Below are positions 11,415 through 17,099 of a stretch of 17,099 nucleotides of DNA, in pieces (the first letter of the stretch is position 1; each line of letters opens with the position of its first letter). Source of the stretch: Ginkgo biloba (lineage: Eukaryota; Plantae; Ginkgophyta); contig JANKJI020000002.1 of assembly GCA_024626585.2 (NCBI GenBank), forward strand, positions 30,834,476 to 30,851,574, given 5' to 3'. The translations under genes were made by a program, and so were the position numbers. The notes beneath the pieces are model-generated. The model made no database searches, had not been told where the DNA came from, and worked only from the letters and a program-made list of their open reading frames with translations.

Positions 11415-12437
11415 GTTTCTTACTTTGCCATGCACACTGCAATTTATTTGATGGATTGTTTTATTATTGTCTATGGTGCTTCAATAATATTGAATAAAAA
11501 CATTGCATTATGCAATTGTAAATTGTACCGTGAATGTAGCATTGCATGTTGTGATGAGAAATGTTCCTTTGTGCAAGCTCTTTCAATATGCACAAACCAA
11601 GGTAAGCTTTCTATTTCATCACCATGTCGTTTAGTAATATAACATTGCTTCATGTTTCCAAGCATGTTGGAGCCTCCAATAATAAACTTTATTGATCTAG
11701 CGAAATATGACCTTGGTAGCTGAAATTAATAAGCACCATGGGAATTGAATTGTGTAGCCGCTAGGGAAACTGGATTGCTGAAAGAAACTGAAGTGAACAG
11801 CCACTGGTAACTGATGTTGAACTGTCAGCCTATGGGGTCTGCTTCTTTCTATTCTAAAATCTGGTCCATACATCACGTTTTTCTTTTTATTGGGGCAGTT
11901 ACTGCACAGATTATCTAGTGCTTTTCATCCCTACTCATTTGCCAATCTTTCTCAGTCGTTTCATTCCTGCACATTTCTTCTCTATTTCTTCTTTTCTATT
12001 TGTTGTAATTTCCCAGCCACTGTTTCCTTTATAAATTTACTTCGTTCTTGGTGTTCTTCATTTCTTGAACATTTACCCAATACTTGGCATTTTATCTCAG
12101 GCACTTTGTCCATTTGTATTGAATGGCTTATTGTTTATTTTCAATATTCTAAAATCTCTGTATCCTTCCTAAATCATTATAGTTGGCATTTCCTTGTTTC
12201 CTACAGGCTTCGGATGTTTCTTCTTGCAATTGAAGCGCCTTAGTGTTTATGTGCCTGTTGTCTATGATCCAGTTTTGTGATTCCTTACTTTTGTTTTAGC
12301 TTTTTAGAGGATCAGCAGATTTTGTTTTCAAGATTTATCTTGAAACTACAAAAATTATCTGTTGATCATCTTCTTATGCATTTAAGTGATCTTTACAAGG
12401 TACTGCTGCTGTCTATAATTGTTATGTTATGGACACA

Positions 12438-13356
12438 TCTATACTATTACTATATTACTAAAAAATTACCATATCTGACCACCCCCTACTTATTGTTTGT
12501 TACTTCAAAAATATATCATAATAATAATTCATTGATAAGTGTCATTAAGGGTGTTAATATCAATATAGATCAAATAATAATTCATTAATAAAACATTGAA
12601 TTCAAGTTGTGGTAATAAGATTTTATAGGTTTGAGATTTTATTAAGTGGACGATCTTTAAAAAAAACTAAATTATTAACAAATGATTATGGGATGGTCTA
12701 TACTATTATACTTAAAACATGGGCATGTCCATGCGACCATCCTTCATTAACGTTATAAATAAAATAATTTAAAAAATATGTAATAGTAAAATTGAAGATC
12801 ACACATTTAATATCAATTTAAGAAGCATGAAGTTAAATTTAATAATCATCATTATAACAATTGATAGTAATTTATATGCTAATTGCATTAAGTCAACCAT
12901 AAAGTATGAAATATGGCTTTGAATTTTTTTTCNNNNNNNNNNNNNNNNNNNNNNNNNNNNNNNNNNNNNNNNNNNNNNNNNNNNNNNNNNNNNNNNNNNN
13001 NNNNNNTTCAAGCCAAAGAACATGTAAAGAAGGCACCATGCAGTTCTAGATGTGAATATCGAGCTTTCTATGCTAAAGATGATGCCAAGAGCAAAAGAAT
13101 AACTCAAAAACAGTTTAAAAGAAACAGGATATTTAGGCTTTATGGATTTTATAATGACCCAAAGCAACAAGAGTGGGATGATGATGGGCCATCCAATGTT
13201 TTGGAGCAATCTACAAGAACTCTTGTGCATGAAATGTAACTGTGATAGCAATGTATTACCTGACCCACCAATCTCTAGAGTAAAGAGATCATAACCGTGG
13301 CCATCAATATTCAATTAAAAAATGTTGTGGCAATATTTGCCATGGTTATGGACTAG
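12438..13356 (+). mobile_element. Non-autonomous Helitron (~0.92 kb)
   Basis: 5' end A|TCTATACTATTACTATATTA (12438). 3' hairpin TTGTGGCAA-TAT-TTGCCATGG (13325-13345), followed 7 nt later by CTAG|T (13353-13356). Insertion between A and T, no TSD, AT-rich body. The hairpin's G:T pairs fit C>T decay of CCGTGGCAA...TTGCCACGG. Confidence 0.75.
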
Positions 13357-13767
13357 TTCCCTTCTAATAAATTATGTATTTGTTTGTGTGCACGGAATAA
13401 ACAAGCCAGTGGACTAATCCTAAGTTCTCTTATAAGGGTCAAAAGGTGCATGCAAAAGCGCACAATAGGTGTCCATGCAAACCTCTTAATGTTGTAATGA
13501 TGAGGTGTGAGAGATTTATTGCATGCATGAATACTGTAAAGGTCTAGATGTTCAGCTAGAATGGCTTTCATAAAGTGGCAGCTTTACCGTTCAATGTTGG
13601 AATCAGATTCACAGGTAAATAAGAAATCAAAACACACTGCAAATATTCAACACATTCACACAGAATAATACATTACACTGTAATAGTACATCATGGTGCA
13701 ATGATTACAATATATAGAGCTCATGGAAGCCATGTGTGCAACATGCACAGGTTTATCATATTTAGCA

Positions 13768-13856
13768 CAAAGCTAAAGCTAAAGTGAATTGAAGTCAACT
13801 TAAGCTAAAGCAAGACAACTAACTTGACTTAACTTAAAGTACAACTCAAAGTACAA
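13768..13856. repeat. Low-complexity short tandem repeats (AAGCTA; ACT(T/C)AAAGTACA) running into an N block
   Basis: AAAGCTAAAGCTAAAG and ACTTAAAGTACAACTCAAAGTACAA are visible directly. Confidence 0.6.
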
Positions 13857-14519
13857 NNNNNNNNNNNNNNNNNNNNNNNNNNNNNNNNNNNNNNNNNNNN
13901 NNNNNNNNNNNNNNNNNNNNNNNNNNNNNNNNNNNNNNNNNNNNNNNNNNNNNNNNTAGAACCAAAGGAGAGAGTTTCATACTCATGGTCTTTCCCATTT
14001 GGATCAGGTGGGCATGCCATCGACAGAAAAAGGATTAGAGAGCAGGAAGGTAGTTGAGCAGGAGGACAGACAAGAACACAGGCAATCAACAAGTAGGGTC
14101 GATAGGCAAGGTATGACTATTATAACATTTTGAATGTGAACAAGGTTGATGAAGAATGGCGAACATGTAGTATNNNNNNNNNNNNNNNNATATGAGGGTA
14201 ATCATTGGGAGATATGATCAATCACTTCAAGGTTGAGGATGTGAGAACATTTTGTGCACAATTCATGTTGATAAAGAGTGGTGATTGCAATCTAAAAGTA
14301 GGTCACCATTGGGAGAGGTGGTCGGTCACTTCACTTTAGATGGGGTAAAAGTTCTGTGAAAGAGCATAACCTCATAACTAGAAGATTTTAAATAGATTGA
14401 CTAGGTTCACATCAAGAGTCGAGGTGTTAGGATTTGCTTGGTTTAGGATGTGATTGGTTAGATTGGTATTCTGTATCCAGTTCCTTACCTCGTTGGAAAT
14501 TGAGGCAGTTATTCAAACA

Positions 14520-15620
14520 GGAAGCCAAATTGTACCCTCATGGTAAAGTTCGTTTTGACTCCTAAAAAGGTGATATATAGCCGTCTTGAAGACTAAGTAC
14601 TAGATTGTTCGAACTGGTTTATCTTCCTTGAACTAGAGGAAACCTTCAGTCCAGAATATTCAGTTTATCTTGCTGCACGAATTTGGTCATTGTTATCCGA
14701 AAGAGATTGTACATTTTCCTCCATACCCTTTGAACTCCCTCGCACCCTTTGAACTCCCTTGCACTCCCACCATACACGAACAAGGTCATCAATGGCTTCC
14801 AGATATGCTACACATTGTGTTGGTCCATGAATTCCTCAACTGGTGTATGTCTGTTGCTCGAAAACCTTTATGTGCTAGTCACCAATGGATAAGGTTGTGC
14901 CTCGACTGAGCTTTGTTCCACCAAATCCAAGCCCACCTAATTGGATGAGAAACCTCTCTCGGGGCATTGTTAATTTGATGGATGTGTTTGTAGAATTCCT
15001 TAGTATTAAAAATATTAGCCGATGAGATCAATCTCAAACCTTCGTGCCGAGCTAGGGCGAATTCTAGATACCAGAAGGCTTATGGAGCTCATTTCATCAT
15101 TCAGTTGATCTGCTAGAGCAACTAGATGATGATCTAGGAATCCATTCCCATCTGCTAAGAGTGCTACGATGTACTTTCGGCTATTATTTTGGTAGTCGAA
15201 AAAGTTTGAAAATTTTGACAAGCCAAGCGCTGTACTAAGCTCCATGATTTCCCAAACTTGAATTCTTTGAGCAAAAGGAATTAGACTCGGATGAGCCTTA
15301 CTGTCCATCTAGAAGTCCATTTCTCTACCTACCTCTCTTGGGGAGAGAGGTGTTTTGGAGTACATATGGCCAATGCTTGGTAATTATTCTCCATTCCCCT
15401 AATCCACTTGGCCTTGGGTTCANNNNNNNNNNNNNNNNNNNNNNNNNNNNNNNNNNNNNNNNNNNNNNNNNNNNNNNNNNNNNNNNNNNNNNNNNNNNNN
15501 NNNNNNNNNNNNNNNNNNNNNNTTATCTTCCAGATATTGCTAACGAAGAATGGAGGTGTAAAAGTAGTTCCACTTTTAAAATATTGTTGAGAGTTGTCAG
15601 ATTTCTCCAATTGAAGTAAG
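14520..15620 (-). mobile_element. L1-type LINE ORF2 C-terminal remnant including zf-RVT domain
   Basis: Minus strand 15020->14720 reads 'FNTKEFYKHI...WAWIWWNKAQSRHNLIHW*LAHKGFRATDIHQLRNSWTNTMCSI.../DDLVRVWWECKGVQRVW', then 'AIYHLFRSQNELYHEG'. This follows the zf-RVT pattern FSxKxxY..W..IW..W.L..T.D.L..CxxC..HLFxxC...W and the WxxRN motif. Support for the upstream part ('SLPKRG..GLLD', 'PFFVSNIWKI') is weaker. Confidence 0.75.
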
Positions 15621-15828
15621 ATGGTGAAAGTGGGGGATTGCATTGTTTTTTTTGCATATAATTTTGTCATTTTCTCATCTTTTTTTAGCTCTTCTCCAAT
15701 TTTCCATTCCATGTTTGATGGAGTAGCTTCATCGCCCTTTTCCTTGTTGCTTATAGTGGAAGGAAGTGGCACCACAAGAGTAAGTGGAAGGTTGTGGGGG
15801 GGGGGGCAGAGGCAAAACCAAGGGTTCG

Positions 15829-15996
15829 AAAGGCCAAGTGTCTAGATGTACAAAGGAAGGGCTTTGGTTTGCAATGGGCAGGGGCACAAGATATCTCAAG
15901 CAAGGAAGGCATGCCAAAGGCCAAGTGTCTAGATTTGCAAAGGAAGGGATTTAGTTTCCACGGGGTAGAGTCGCAAGATGTCTTAAGCAAGGAAGG
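15829..15996. repeat. Tandem direct repeat, 87-bp unit x ~2
   Basis: AAAGGCCAAGTGTCTAGAT..CAAAGGAAGGG...CAAGAT.TCT.AAGCAAGGAAGG at 15829 and 15916. Confidence 0.9.
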
Positions 15997-16189
15997 TACG
16001 TCTAATGAATTGCTAGTTCTTTGATTTATATGGTTATTGTCAGGAAGATTTACAAAATGCTCTCCTATTGGCCTCTTTGAACAACTTGTCAGAAATGATG
16101 GCTACTCCCACTGAAAGAGTTATGCACTTAATTCAAAACAAAGATGAAATGTTGAAATTTGGATGTTTGTTTATCCCTATAAGGGAATA

Positions 16190-16790
16190 CGTAATTGTTT
16201 TGCCAGAACTAGTGACGTTGAAGGTGTTATTTTTCGATGGAAAGGTAACATAACATATCATTTCTTATTCTCCTACTTAGGCTTTGAATTTGACCTTTAA
16301 AGGTTATTTCGAGAGGGACTTCATTTTTAGAAGATACATATATGGTTGCGGAAAGTGGTTCATGGGATATCTAGCTTTTAGTAGTGTTGATGGTGCATCA
16401 TCTCTTCCTTGATTACGCTTGAGCTCAATGGATCTTCTANNNNNNNNNNNNNNNNNNNNNNNNNNNNNNNNNNNNNNNNNNNNNNNNNNNNNNNNNNNNN
16501 NNNNNNNNNNNNNNNNNNNNNAATTTCAAATTTTAGATTATGGGGTTTGACTCATCATTATTTCCTTTTCCATCACAACCAAATGGTCTTGCCCTTGCAT
16601 TGTGTGCCGTGTTCCAGGCAAAGAATTGCAACATGTAGTTGAGATTGTTGCAAGCGGAGAAAGCGATTATGAATCTTAATATCACAAGAAATGGGAAAGT
16701 GGTCTTTGAGTACAATTGTTTCAAGCAGAGTATCCTATTTGGAAGTGTACAAGGATTTGCATAGAACAATGACATTACTAGAGGAACGCA
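16190..16790 (+). mobile_element. Possible LINE ORF1 (DUF4283-type plus downstream region) remnant
   Basis: 'RWKGNITYHFLFSYLGFEFDL*RLFREGLHF*KIHIWLRK' resembles FLFxFxxxxDxxRVLxxGPWxF...LxxW. After the N block, 'IMGFDSS...LALALCAV/PGKELQHVVEIV...QAEYPIWKCTRIC' loosely follows GxD..ARxCV..LPxxVxI..EY..CxxC. The region is highly decayed. Confidence 0.4.
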
Positions 16791-16961
16791 AGGGTTTGAT
16801 TGCCATTAGCAATTGGCCAAAGAGATTGCCAAGTTGGCCAAGGATGTTGTGACAAAGAATGAAAGGTCNNNNNNNNNNTGCATAGATAAGCTCTTGTGAT
16901 TGTTGTAGCCATATTGATTGTTACTATAATATGTGTTGCCCATATTATCCATTAAATGGAT

Positions 16962-17090
16962 AATTGCAAAATAGGATGCACGTCAAACGTTTAACAAAAT
17001 GTCCCAACAAAGTAATGTTATTTGGGGGCAACTAGATTATAGGATATGGATAGTATGGGCAACAAAATTTGTTGAAGTTCTATAAAAATA
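16962..17090 (+). pseudogene. Degenerate PLS-class PPR gene fragment (about one repeat)
   Basis: 'CKI/DARQTFNKMSQQSNVIWG/IIGYG*YGQQNLLKFYK' compared with the PLS-PPR consensus [43 protein letters not shown]. It contains frameshifts and a stop. Confidence 0.72.
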
Positions 17091-17099
17091 TAGCTTGAG

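Noticed and set aside
11055-11642. 195-aa ORF as a complete single-exon gene
   Set aside because: SRFR1 similarity is confined to 11077-11414 between AG and GT splice sites. The flanking residues are intron read-through.
11890-12588. Hydrophobic F/L/S-rich ORFs
   Set aside because: These are typical translations of T-rich intron sequence, with no domain signal.
13612-13680. CAG|GTAAAT as the next SRFR1 exon (starts VN)
   Set aside because: It continues VNKKSKHTANIQ, unlike the expected VNEGxY..AISIFD, and has no polypyrimidine tract.
14197-14333. Short degenerate direct repeat CATTGGGAGA...TCACTTCA, 104 bp apart
   Set aside because: It is real but too short and diverged to assign, and is probably internal to decayed TE sequence.
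16934-16955. miR482/2118 family member
   Set aside because: There is only superficial TTGCC...CCAT similarity. The arm is explained as an inverted copy of the adjacent PPR sequence.

Overview
Eukaryotic, land-plant genomic DNA with many N runs (masking or gaps). All ORF-track entries made of X are artefacts. The only supportable host coding sequence is one internal exon (11077-11414, + strand) of a TPR gene that I recognise as SRFR1 (SUPPRESSOR OF RPS4-RLD 1). No neighbouring SRFR1 exon is visible, so the rest of the window is most simply two very long introns (>11 kb and >5.6 kb) filled with decayed elements. These include three Ty3/Gypsy gag(-protease) remnants on the minus strand, a probable tRNA-iMet PBS, L1-type LINE ORF2 (zf-RVT) and probable ORF1 remnants, a ~0.9 kb non-autonomous Helitron with both termini, several minisatellites and a degenerate PLS-class PPR fragment. 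This architecture suggests a large-genome plant such as a gymnosperm (inference). I found no convincing new multi-gene system. The most interesting unexplained signals are an intronic fold-back formed by a short inverted copy of the PPR fragment (a possible proto-MIRNA), a pair of gag-only copies with shared lesions, and unidentified Helitron cargo.
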